From Negativicutes bacterium (GTDB lineage Bacteria; Bacillota; Negativicutes; UBA1444), in contig CAXXIN010000009.1 in assembly GCA_963665275.2 (NCBI GenBank), forward strand, positions 1-64,000: a stretch of DNA of 64,000 nucleotides, written 5' to 3'. Below are positions 1 through 8,592 of the stretch, in pieces (positions within the stretch are counted from its first letter, which is position 1; the number at the start of each line of letters is the position of its first letter). The position numbers and the translations under genes are program-made. A model generated the notes under the pieces. The model ran no database searches. It was given only the letters and a program-made list of their open reading frames with translations, and was not told the origin of the DNA.

Positions 1-2
1 CG

Positions 3-854
3 CTGCTGCATGGATCACGGTCCGAACTGGCGGTGAATGTTCTGGGTGGATCCGAAGAGACCACGACGGGTGTCCTGCGACTGCAAGCTCTCGCGGCTCA
101 GGGGCGTCTGACTTTTCCGATGATATCTGTAAACGATGCGGATTGTAAGCATTTGTTTGATAATCGGTATGGGACGGGACAGTCGGTATGGGACGGCATC
201 ATGCGGACCACGAACCTCTCCATCGCAGGGAAGACTGTAGTAGTCGCCGGTTACGGCTGGTGCGGCAAAGGTGTTGCTATGCGCGCCCGAGGATTAGGCG
301 CCCATGTCGTGGTAACCGAAATTGATCCGATCAAAGCGGCTGAAGCTTTGTTCGACGGATATCAGGTACAGCCGATGCTGAAAGCGGCGGAATCCGGCGA
401 TATTTTCGTGACGGTTACCGGCTGCAACGACGTCATTCGCAAAGAACATCTGGAACGGATGAAACATGGCGCGATTCTTTCCAATGCCGGCCACTTTGAT
501 GTGGAAGTGAACAAAAACGATTTGACGGCAATGGCGCAAACCGTCCGAACCGTTCGAAAAAACATTGAAGAATTCCAACTGGCGGATGGCCGCAAACTTT
601 ATCTCCTTGCTGAGGGTCGACTGGTTAACCTGGCTGCAGGGGACGGACATCCGACTGAAATTATGGATTTGTCCTTCGCGATGCAAGCTCTGGCGGCGAT
701 TCATATTCTGAAAAACCATCAGACAATGACCAATGAAGTCCACAACCTACCGCATGAACTGGATTTGGAAGTGGCCCACCTGAAACTCGCAGCCATGGGT
801 GTGAAAATCGATGCCCTGACAAGCTGCCAGACAGATTATCTGCATCAGGCTTAA
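3..854 (+). CDS. ahcY: S-adenosylhomocysteine hydrolase, 5'-truncated by window edge
   Basis: Frame open from base 3; motifs [43 protein letters not shown]. Confidence 0.96.
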   Translation: MLHGSRSELAVNVLGGSEETTTGVLRLQALAAQGRLTFPMISVNDADCKHLFDNRYGTGQSVWDGIMRTTNLSIAGKTVVVAGYGWCGKGVAMRARGLGAHVVVTEIDPIKAAEALFDGYQVQPMLKAAESGDIFVTVTGCNDVIRKEHLERMKHGAILSNAGHFDVEVNKNDLTAMAQTVRTVRKNIEEFQLADGRKLYLLAEGRLVNLAAGDGHPTEIMDLSFAMQALAAIHILKNHQTMTNEVHNLPHELDLEVAHLKLAAMGVKIDALTSCQTDYLHQA

Positions 855-855
855 T

Positions 856-1504
856 ATGATGCTGGAAGAGTTGAAACTGTCTGTTGTCACAACAGGACGT
901 CAGATGATCGACCGGGGACTGGTTGCCGGTACCTGGGGCAACATCAGCGTTCGGAACGAAGACGGATCCAGGATTGTTATCACCCCGTCAGGGCGACCCC
1001 TATAATGAATTGAATCCTGTAGATACGGTGGTCGTCGATACTACAGGAAAAATTCTGGAAGGCAATCGTCCTTCCTCGGAGTTACCGCTGCATCTGGCGA
1101 TTTATGAAGCCCGACCGGATGTCCGTGCCATCATTCATACCCATAGCATTTATGCGACTGCGTGCGCCGTTGCCGGTGAAGCCATTCCGCCAAGCCTGGA
1201 GGAAATGGTTCAGGCGGTCGGTGGGGGCGTTGAGGTTGCGGATTATGCCTTGCCAGGCACTTTAGAACTGGCTCAAAATGCAGTGGCAGGACTTGGCGGA
1301 TATCTCTCCGCAGTGTTGCTGTCAAATCATGGGGCCGTCGCCTGCGGTCCATCGTTGAAAGAGGCCCTGTTGGTCGCTGAATTGGTTGAAAAAGCGGCGC
1401 AGATCCATTCAATTGCAAAACAGCTGGGCGGCGTCCGCCGGTTGTGCGATGAAGACGTTCAGCTGATGCGCCGGTTTTATGTTGAAAAATACCGCCAGGC
1501 ATAA
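856..1504 (+). pseudogene. Class II aldolase/adducin family (FucA/Ald2-like sugar-1-phosphate aldolase) interrupted by a +1 frameshift at CCCC 997-1000
   Basis: ATG 856 frame gives MMLEELK...GTWGNISVR...ITPSGRP then CTA TAA (1003-1005); the +1 frame from 1001 continues YNELNP...PSSELPLHLAIYEARPDVRAIIHTHS...NHG. The joined product is 215 aa. Pseudogene, recoding or assembly error not resolved. Confidence 0.85.
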
Positions 1505-1521
1505 CCGAAAGGAAGGTACCC

Positions 1522-2805
1522 ATGAACAAAATTTTGCTTCAGTCCGGCCGCTACCTGAATCCTGCCGGTGAGATCGTCACCGGGGATATTGGCATAGAGA
1601 ACGGACGGATTCTCTTCTGTGGCTCAAATCCAATCGGCTGGATGGCCGACGAAATCATCGACTGTAGAGAAAAACTGATAACGCCGGGGTTGGTCAACGC
1701 GCATACCCATGCTGCGATGACCCTATTCCGCAGCTATGCCGACGATATGGCCCTGATGGACTGGCTGCAGAAGAAAATCTGGCCGGCGGAAGCGAATCTG
1801 ACAGCTGACGATGTGTATTGGGGCACCCAGTTGGCGATTGCCGAAATGTTGGCTTCCGGCACGACTGCGTTTGCCGATATGTATTTCTTCATGGATCAGG
1901 TCGCAACGGCTTGCGTGGACACTGGTATGCGCGCTTCATTGGCCAGGGGACTGATTGAGGTTGACGGACCGATGCAAGATGCGCGTTTCGAAGAAAACGA
2001 ACAACTGTATGTTGACTACCATGGAGCAGAGAATGGCCGTCTTACCGTAATGCTCGGACCCCATGCCCCCTATACCTGTCCACCGGAATGTATGAAAAAA
2101 GTCATTTCCCTCTCGGAGCGTATCGGAGCTGAAATCCATGTCCATCTGGCTGAAACGCAATGGGAAGTGGAGCAGTGCCAGAAAAAATACGGGAAATCCC
2201 CAGTAGCACTGCTGAATGATCTCGGCGTATTCGAGCGTGGCACGCTGGCCGCCCATTGCGTATGGGTTTCTCCGGCCGACATCAGCATATTGGCTGAGAA
2301 AAAAGTCCGGGTCGTCCATAATCCATCCAGCAACATGAAACTGGCTAGCGGCGCCGCCCCTGTTGCGGCGATGTTGAAAGCCGGTGTTGCAGTCGCCCTT
2401 GGAACAGATGGCGCAACCAGCAACAACAATCTGAACATGCTGGAAGAGGTTCGGCTGGCATCCTTCCTGCAAAAATTACATTTGATGGATCCTACGGTAT
2501 TACCGGCTCGCCAGGTATTACAAATGGCGACGCAGGGCGGGGCTGCAGCAATCGGACAGGCTGATTCGCTAGGAAAAATCGAACCGGGTTACAAAGCGGA
2601 CCTGGCAATTTACAAGATGACGGCAACCCATTGGCATCCACAGCACGACCTGGCCTCCATGTTGACGTATGCGGCCGCCGCCTCAGACGTGAGTCATACC
2701 ATTGTTGATGGCCGGCTACTTTATCAGGAAGGGCAATTCACGACTCTTGACATAGAAAAGGTAAAGGCTGAAGCCGGGGCACGAGGACTCAGGCTTGTTA
2801 AATAA
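1522..2805 (+). CDS. mtaD: 5'-methylthioadenosine/S-adenosylhomocysteine deaminase (amidohydrolase)
   Basis: NAHTHAAM, GPHAPY, HVHLAET, AAHCVW, HNPSSNMKLASG, GTDGA motifs; adjacent to ahcY. Confidence 0.88.
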   Translation: MNKILLQSGRYLNPAGEIVTGDIGIENGRILFCGSNPIGWMADEIIDCREKLITPGLVNAHTHAAMTLFRSYADDMALMDWLQKKIWPAEANLTADDVYWGTQLAIAEMLASGTTAFADMYFFMDQVATACVDTGMRASLARGLIEVDGPMQDARFEENEQLYVDYHGAENGRLTVMLGPHAPYTCPPECMKKVISLSERIGAEIHVHLAETQWEVEQCQKKYGKSPVALLNDLGVFERGTLAAHCVWVSPADISILAEKKVRVVHNPSSNMKLASGAAPVAAMLKAGVAVALGTDGATSNNNLNMLEEVRLASFLQKLHLMDPTVLPARQVLQMATQGGAAAIGQADSLGKIEPGYKADLAIYKMTATHWHPQHDLASMLTYAAAASDVSHTIVDGRLLYQEGQFTTLDIEKVKAEAGARGLRLVK

Positions 2806-2819
2806 AAGGAGGAGTTCAA

Positions 2820-3647
2820 TTGTACAAAATTATCAGTGCGGAAGAGTTGTCCGCCGGCGTCAAATCGTTCATCGTCGAAGCGCCGATGGTTGCCCGCAAA
2901 TGTCAGGCTGGTCAATTTATCATCCTGCGAATTGATGAAACAGGGGAGCGCATTCCTCTGACGATCGCGGATTATGACCGGGAGAAGGGAACGATTCAGC
3001 TGATTTTTCAGGAAGTCGGCGACACCACTCGTCAAATGGGCGCCCTGAAAGTTGGAGACGCTCTGCTGGATGTAGCTGGCCCCCTCGGCAAAGCAACTGA
3101 AATTGAAAACTATGGAACGGTGGTTTGCATCGGCGGAGGAATTGGAGTCGCGCCAGTTTATCCCATCGCCCGCGCTTATAAAAAAGCTGGCAATCGTGTC
3201 ATTTCCATCATTGGAGCCCGCAATGCCGACTTATTGATCATGGAGAAGGAAATGCGCTCTGTTAGTGATGTACTGCATATTACGACCGATGATGGATCCG
3301 CCGGACGCAAAGGTCTGGTGGTCGATCCTTTAAAAGAAATGATCGCCGCAGGCGAGAAAATCGACCGGGTCATGGCAATTGGCCCCATGGTCATGATGCG
3401 GGGCGTGGCGGAAGTAACGCGTCCGCACGGCATCCACACCCTTGTCAGCCTGAATCCAATCATGGTGGACGGTACCGGCATGTGCGGCGGCTGCCGTTGC
3501 AGTGTTGGCGGTGAAACCAAGTTTGCCTGCGTCGACGGTCCTGAATTCGATGGACATCAAGTCGATTTCAACGGCCTGATGTCTCGGGCCCGCATGTATC
3601 AGACCCAGGAACGGCAATGCAAGGGGGACGGATCATGTCACAAGTAA
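2820..3647 (+). CDS. nfnA: NfnA/SudB-type FAD/NAD-binding [2Fe-2S] subunit of electron-bifurcating transhydrogenase
   Basis: GERIPLTIAD, GGGIGVAP, MVDGTGMCGGCR...CVDGPEFD; SD AGGAGG before TTG start. Confidence 0.85.
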   Translation: MYKIISAEELSAGVKSFIVEAPMVARKCQAGQFIILRIDETGERIPLTIADYDREKGTIQLIFQEVGDTTRQMGALKVGDALLDVAGPLGKATEIENYGTVVCIGGGIGVAPVYPIARAYKKAGNRVISIIGARNADLLIMEKEMRSVSDVLHITTDDGSAGRKGLVVDPLKEMIAAGEKIDRVMAIGPMVMMRGVAEVTRPHGIHTLVSLNPIMVDGTGMCGGCRCSVGGETKFACVDGPEFDGHQVDFNGLMSRARMYQTQERQCKGDGSCHK

Positions 3648-5035
3648 AACACAAAATGCCAGAACAGGACCCGAATGTTCGCCGTCATAATTTCAACGAA
3701 GTCTCGCTGGGTTACGACGCAGCAACCGCGATGGCAGAAGCGGCCCGTTGCCTGCAATGCAAAAATGCGCCCTGCCGCAAAGGCTGCCCTGTCGAAATCG
3801 ACATCCCCGCCTTCATTTTGAAAGTGAAAGAGGGCGACTTCGTCGCCGCCAATACGATCATTCGTCAGTATAACAACTTGCCTGCCGTCTGCGGTCGTGT
3901 CTGTCCGCAGGAAGATCAATGTGAAAAACTCTGCATTCGCGGCATCAAAGGTGAACCGGTTGCAATCGGCCGCCTGGAGCGCTTCGTCGCTGATTTTTCT
4001 ATGGGCGGAACCTGCCCGCTACCCGAACTGCCGCCAGCAGAAAAAATCGGTAAAGTGGCCGTCATTGGTGGTGGCCCTGCAAGTCTGACAACAGCAGGAG
4101 ATTTGGCCCGCATGGGCTATCAGGTTACCCTGTTCGAAGCGTTGCACACCCCTGGCGGAGTGTTGATGTACGGCATCCCTGAATTCCGCCTGCCCAAAGA
4201 CATCGTGAAATGCGAAATCGAAACCCTGAAATACCTGGGCGTTGAGATGATCGTCAACGCCGTCATCGGCAAGACCTTCACCGTCGATGAACTCCTGAAT
4301 GAAGAAAAATATGATGCGGTCTTCATCGGTACGGGCGCCGGACTGCCTCACTTCATGAAAATGCCGGGGGAAAACCTCAACGGCGTATATTCCGCTAATG
4401 AGTTTCTGACCCGCGTAAATCTCATGAAAGCGTATAAGTTCCCCGAAACGGCCACACCGGTGCGGGTCGGACGCAACGTCGCCGTCGTCGGCGGCGGCAA
4501 CGTCGCCATGGACTCTGCACGAACCGCGTTGCGCCTGGGCGCCGAGAACGTTTATATTGTCTATCGACGCTCAGCTGATGAAATGCCGGCCCGCGCGGAA
4601 GAAGTCGAACATGCGCATGAGGAAGGTGTCAACTTCCAGCTGCTGACCAATCCGGAACAGGTGCTTGGCGATGAAGCCGGCTGGGTAAAGGGATTGGAAT
4701 GCGTCAAAATGGAACTGGGTGAGCCGGATGCCTCTGGACGTCGTCGTCCTGTGGTGAAGCCGGGCTCGAACTTCGTTCTGGAAGTGGATACCGTGGTGAT
4801 CGCCATCGGTCAGGGGCCGAACCCTTTGATTCAAGATACTACTCCGGGAATGGACACCAACAAGCACGGGAACATCGTCGCCGACGACAATGGCAAGACA
4901 ACCAAAGAAGGCGTTTTTGCCGGCGGTGATATTGTAACCGGCGCTGCCACAGTTATTCTAGCCATGGGCGCGGGGAAAAGGGCTGCGGTATCTATTCATG
5001 AATACGTGCAAAACAAGAGACATTCAAAACAGTAA
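3635..5035 (+). CDS. nfnB: NfnB/SudA-type large subunit (GltD-like, often annotated homotetrameric glutamate synthase)
   Basis: CLQCKNAPC..CP and CGRVCPQEDQC Fe-S motifs, YGIPEFRLP, GGGNVAMD, GDIVTG; overlaps nfnA. Confidence 0.85.
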   Translation: MSQVKHKMPEQDPNVRRHNFNEVSLGYDAATAMAEAARCLQCKNAPCRKGCPVEIDIPAFILKVKEGDFVAANTIIRQYNNLPAVCGRVCPQEDQCEKLCIRGIKGEPVAIGRLERFVADFSMGGTCPLPELPPAEKIGKVAVIGGGPASLTTAGDLARMGYQVTLFEALHTPGGVLMYGIPEFRLPKDIVKCEIETLKYLGVEMIVNAVIGKTFTVDELLNEEKYDAVFIGTGAGLPHFMKMPGENLNGVYSANEFLTRVNLMKAYKFPETATPVRVGRNVAVVGGGNVAMDSARTALRLGAENVYIVYRRSADEMPARAEEVEHAHEEGVNFQLLTNPEQVLGDEAGWVKGLECVKMELGEPDASGRRRPVVKPGSNFVLEVDTVVIAIGQGPNPLIQDTTPGMDTNKHGNIVADDNGKTTKEGVFAGGDIVTGAATVILAMGAGKRAAVSIHEYVQNKRHSKQ

Positions 5036-5054
5036 CTTACTCTAGCACAATCTC

Positions 5055-5099
5055 AAAAACTATCCGGAGCAGCCTTTTAAACTGCCTGGATAGTTTTTT
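5055..5099 (+). terminator. Intrinsic terminator after nfnB
   Basis: AAAAACTATCC ... GGATAGTTTTTT stem with T tract. Confidence 0.7.
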
Positions 5100-5125
5100 C
5101 TGCATCAACATGTCTGTTTCTAAAT

Positions 5126-5149
5126 CTCTAATTAAAATTTTAATTAGAG
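5126..5149. promoter_or_regulatory. Perfect 24-bp palindrome, candidate operator
   Basis: CTCTAATTAAAA|TTTTAATTAGAG, just upstream of a sigma-H-like promoter. Confidence 0.5.
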
Positions 5150-5161
5150 TCCGTCAAAACA

Positions 5162-5187
5162 AGGATTTTCGAAAACCTATCGAGAAT
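5162..5187 (+). promoter_or_regulatory. Sigma-H-type promoter
   Basis: AGGA-18 nt-GAAT. Confidence 0.6.
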
Positions 5188-5240
5188 TTATAATATTATA
5201 TCCATCGATAGTGGACACCAACAGATGGGAGCGAATGCAA

Positions 5241-6407
5241 ATGTTTCAACAGGCAGACCGATTAAAAGGGCTTACCTCCGCAATCTTTACGCAAGTAGAT
5301 ACGATGCGGAAAGAAGCTATCGCACAGGGCCAGGATGTGATCACGCTGAGTCTTGGCAGTCCCGATTTGGCTCCAGCGCCGCACATTGTGGAAGCAATGA
5401 AGAGAGCGCTCGACGATGACTCAAGTTATGGGTACACCTTGTCCAAAGGAACGCCAGGGTTCCTGACCTCTGTCGCAAACTGGTACCAAAGAAAATTTTC
5501 TGTAACGCTCAATCCAGCTACTGAAATTCATTCCCTGATGGGATCGCAGGACGGCCTGGCGCATATCGGCTTATGTCTGGTGAATCCGGGCGATGTCGTT
5601 CTGGTTCCTGATCCGGGATACCCGATCTTTTTTGCCGGACCTCTGGTGGCAGGCGCTGAAATCGTCACGATGCCCTTGAAACCGGAAAATGCTTATTTGC
5701 CGGATCTTGATGCGATCGATCCATCGGTGTTGCGACGCACCAAAATTATGATTCTGAACTACCCGAACAACCCCCTTGCAGCAACCGCGCCCCGTGATTT
5801 CTTCGTAAAGGTTGTTGCTCTCGCGAAAAAATATGAATTCCTGGTAATCCATGATTTTGCTTATAGCGAACTGGTTTTTGATGGCTATCGGCCGGACAGC
5901 TTCCTGTCTATCCCTGGCGCCAAGGATGTTGCCATTGAATTTCATTCGCTGTCCAAAACCTACAGCATGGCCGGTTGCCGGGTCGCCTTTGTCGTTGGCA
6001 ATGCAGACGTCATCGCTCTATTGGGACGATTGAAATCGAATTTTGACTATGGAATCTTTTCTGCAATCCAGCAAGGGGCCATTGCCGCAATGAACGGCCC
6101 AGATGACTATATCCTCGAAACAGCCATGCGCTACCAGCGCCGGCGTGATGTAATTGTTGACGGTTTCGCCCGTTTCGGCTGGAATGTGGAACGTCCCAAA
6201 GCTTCCATGTATATCTGGGCGCAGGTTCCAACCCGTCAGACCTCGTTCGAATTTGTCGCAGACCTGCTCAAGAACACAGGCGTAGCCGTAGTTCCAGGGA
6301 TCGGGTTTGGCGAGTGCGGTGAGGGATACATTCGTATTGCCCTGGTTCAATCCGAAGCCCGATTGGCTGAATTTGTCGATCGTGCAGAAAAATGGCTGGC
6401 AAAATAA
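5241..6407 (+). CDS. Class I/II PLP aminotransferase (LL-diaminopimelate aminotransferase / MtnE-like)
   Basis: LNYPNNP, HDFAYSE, FHSLSKTYSMAGCRV PLP-lysine motif; start chosen from GGGAG SD (alternative 5235). Confidence 0.85.
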   Translation: MFQQADRLKGLTSAIFTQVDTMRKEAIAQGQDVITLSLGSPDLAPAPHIVEAMKRALDDDSSYGYTLSKGTPGFLTSVANWYQRKFSVTLNPATEIHSLMGSQDGLAHIGLCLVNPGDVVLVPDPGYPIFFAGPLVAGAEIVTMPLKPENAYLPDLDAIDPSVLRRTKIMILNYPNNPLAATAPRDFFVKVVALAKKYEFLVIHDFAYSELVFDGYRPDSFLSIPGAKDVAIEFHSLSKTYSMAGCRVAFVVGNADVIALLGRLKSNFDYGIFSAIQQGAIAAMNGPDDYILETAMRYQRRRDVIVDGFARFGWNVERPKASMYIWAQVPTRQTSFEFVADLLKNTGVAVVPGIGFGECGEGYIRIALVQSEARLAEFVDRAEKWLAK

Positions 6408-6440
6408 AACGCAAATTAATGAACAGGGGAGGGTTTAATT

Positions 6441-6788
6441 TTGCGCGCGTTGAATTTCTATTCATCAACGTATCATAACCAGTTGATCTGCCGACGCAAA
6501 ACGTGTACCATACGCATGGGGGATAAAACCGACAAATATGCGGAAGGGGACATCGTCTGGGTTACTGTCGGCAAGAAGTTTGCACAAAAAAAGAAAATTT
6601 ACACAGGAATGATTGATAGGGTCCTCGTAAAAAACATTTCAGAACTGACATTGGATGATCTTCGGGGTGAAAATCCTGATATTGAAAGCATTACGGATGT
6701 CATCACTTTCCTGGAATCTGTCTACAATAAAAAAATCACCGCTTCTGATACCATTTCTGTAGTTTACTTTTCCGAGATCATCGAATAA
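6441..6788 (+). CDS. ASCH/PUA-fold putative RNA- or nucleoside-binding protein
   Basis: RRKTCTIRMG resembles the ASCH GxKxxTIR motif; strong SD before TTG. Confidence 0.65.
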   Translation: MRALNFYSSTYHNQLICRRKTCTIRMGDKTDKYAEGDIVWVTVGKKFAQKKKIYTGMIDRVLVKNISELTLDDLRGENPDIESITDVITFLESVYNKKITASDTISVVYFSEIIE

Positions 6789-6820
6789 ATTGTCAATAAA
6801 ATAACGGAGGGATCAACAAA

Positions 6821-7408
6821 GTGACACAAACAACCACGAGTGAAGCCTGTATCCCAGTCGGCGTATCAGGCCGCCATGTTCATCTCAGTAGGGAACATCT
6901 CGATGCATTATTCGGCGCTGGCTATGAACTGACAAAAAAGAAAGATCTGTCACAGCCTGGCCAATTCGCTTCGGATGAAACAGTTGATGTCATAACGACC
7001 AAAGGCGCTTTTGCCCGTGTACGGATATTAGGGCCCGTACGAAAAGAAACACAGATCGAGTTGGCACTTTCGGATTCTGTGAAGCTCGGAATTACTCCGC
7101 CCATTCGTGACTCCGGTAATGTCGCAGGATCCCCCGGGGTTGTTCTGGTCGGACCCAATGGCACGATCACCTTGGATCAGGGCGCTATCGTCGCACTTCG
7201 TCATATCCATATGACTCCCGCCGATGCGGAACGCTTTGGGGTTAAGGATAAAGACCTGGTTCAAGTGGAATGCCCAGGTGAACGCGCGATGACCATGGGT
7301 CAAGTTCTGGTGCGGGTTAACGAGCAATATGCATTGGAAATGCATGTTGACACAGATGAGGGAAATGCCGCCTGTCTCAAAACGGGTCAGAAAGTAAGAA
7401 TCGTATAA
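6821..7408 (+). CDS. pduL: Phosphate propanoyltransferase (phosphotransacylase)
   Basis: VSGRHVHLS, LSQPGQFA, RHIHMTP, MHVDTDEGNA. Confidence 0.93.
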   Translation: MTQTTTSEACIPVGVSGRHVHLSREHLDALFGAGYELTKKKDLSQPGQFASDETVDVITTKGAFARVRILGPVRKETQIELALSDSVKLGITPPIRDSGNVAGSPGVVLVGPNGTITLDQGAIVALRHIHMTPADAERFGVKDKDLVQVECPGERAMTMGQVLVRVNEQYALEMHVDTDEGNAACLKTGQKVRIV

Positions 7409-7412
7409 AAAT

Positions 7413-7477
7413 AATAATCTTCGACATCTTTTTGCATTTTCAGGAAGGATTTTGCAAAGAAAGTGTCGAAGATTATT
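7413..7477. terminator. Long imperfect inverted repeat after pduL; right arm contains a sigma-H-like promoter (7446-7471)
   Basis: AATAATCTTCGACA pairs with TGTCGAAGATTATT; AGGA-18 nt-GAAG. Confidence 0.55.
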
Positions 7478-7498
7478 TCTGTGATAAATACAAAACAG

Positions 7499-7517
7499 TG
7501 TTCAGCAGAAATGAACA
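7499..7517. promoter_or_regulatory. Candidate IclR-family operator
   Basis: TGTTCA-N7-TGAACA, 18 bp upstream of the IclR start. Confidence 0.45.
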
Positions 7518-7535
7518 GAAGGGTCAGCTTAATAA

Positions 7536-8318
7536 GTGGAACTAAAAAAAGGTGTAACTAAAAAAGAATTCCCTTACACGGTTGCTTCGGTCGACAGGGC
7601 AGTTGAACTGTTATTATTGCTTGAATCAGCTTCACGTGACATGGGGATCACAGAACTCAGCAAATTATTGGGCGTGCAAAAAAGCACAGTGCATAACCTC
7701 GTCCAAACACTCCTAGCCCGGGATTTTGTCCGTCAAACAGACTCGGGGAGGATTACACTGGGCTTTCGACTGATGCGACTGGGCGCCGCAGCTGCCGAAA
7801 GATTGGATATTCGCAGATTGGCCGATCCAATCTTGCGGGAACTGGCGATCGAAGCCAATGAATATGTTTTATTGGCTGTGCTGAATCGTTCAGAAGTGAC
7901 AATTATCGACAGTGTGGCCCCGCAGCGTTCTTCCTTTATTGTGCCGCGAATCGATTTTTCTCAGACTTTTCATTGTACCGCCTTGGGAAAGATCTTTTTA
8001 GCGTATGGGACGGAACAAGTTCGGCAGGAGATTCTCAAGAAACCTTTCTCCCGATATACCTCATACACCTTGGTGACTGAAGAGATGATTGCTGCTGAAA
8101 TACTCAAAATTCGCGGCCAAGGTTTTGCTGTTTCATGCAACGAAACTATCGAAGGCGTTACTTGTATTGGCGCGCCAGTATTTAATGCCCATGGCAAACT
8201 GGAAGCCGCCGTTTCCATTTCGAGCGCAACCGCCCGGCTATCGGATGACAGATACCACGAAATGGCTGATATCCTCAAGGAAAAAGCGGCTGCCATTTCA
8301 AAGCAAATCGGTTTCTGA
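7536..8318 (+). CDS. IclR-family transcriptional regulator
   Basis: SVDRAVELL HTH (ITELSKLLGVQKSTVHNL), HCTALGK, GVTCIGAPV. Confidence 0.93.
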   Translation: MELKKGVTKKEFPYTVASVDRAVELLLLLESASRDMGITELSKLLGVQKSTVHNLVQTLLARDFVRQTDSGRITLGFRLMRLGAAAAERLDIRRLADPILRELAIEANEYVLLAVLNRSEVTIIDSVAPQRSSFIVPRIDFSQTFHCTALGKIFLAYGTEQVRQEILKKPFSRYTSYTLVTEEMIAAEILKIRGQGFAVSCNETIEGVTCIGAPVFNAHGKLEAAVSISSATARLSDDRYHEMADILKEKAAAISKQIGF

Positions 8319-8376
8319 GGCTGCGGTATACGCGGTTGAAGCATAAAATCCAGAACTAAAAAAGGAGGCGAGAAGT

Positions 8377-8580
8377 ATGCCAAAACCGGTCATCAACGAA
8401 GAACGATGCAAGGGGTGTGGACTTTGTGTTGTAGTGTGCCCCAAGAAGATCATCACTCTGGCGGACCATTTCAACAGTAAGGGTTATCGTCCATCATCCT
8501 GTTTGGATGAATCCCTGTGTATCGGTTGTGCAATGTGTGCCCGAACCTGTCCCGACGTTGCTATCGAAATCTGGAAATAA
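8377..8580 (+). CDS. 2-oxoacid:ferredoxin oxidoreductase delta subunit (2[4Fe-4S] ferredoxin)
   Basis: CKGCGLCVVVCP and CIGCAMCARTCP. Confidence 0.92.
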   Translation: MPKPVINEERCKGCGLCVVVCPKKIITLADHFNSKGYRPSSCLDESLCIGCAMCARTCPDVAIEIWK

Positions 8581-8592
8581 GGAGTGAGAATC

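Noticed and set aside
923-1000. ORF-track N-terminus MPVPGATSAFG... for the aldolase
   Set aside because: Out-of-frame artefact; the conserved GNISVR/ITPSG motifs are in the frame starting at 856.
3635-5035. Annotation as a true glutamate synthase small subunit
   Set aside because: No gltB nearby; pairing with the NfnA-like gene favours NfnAB.
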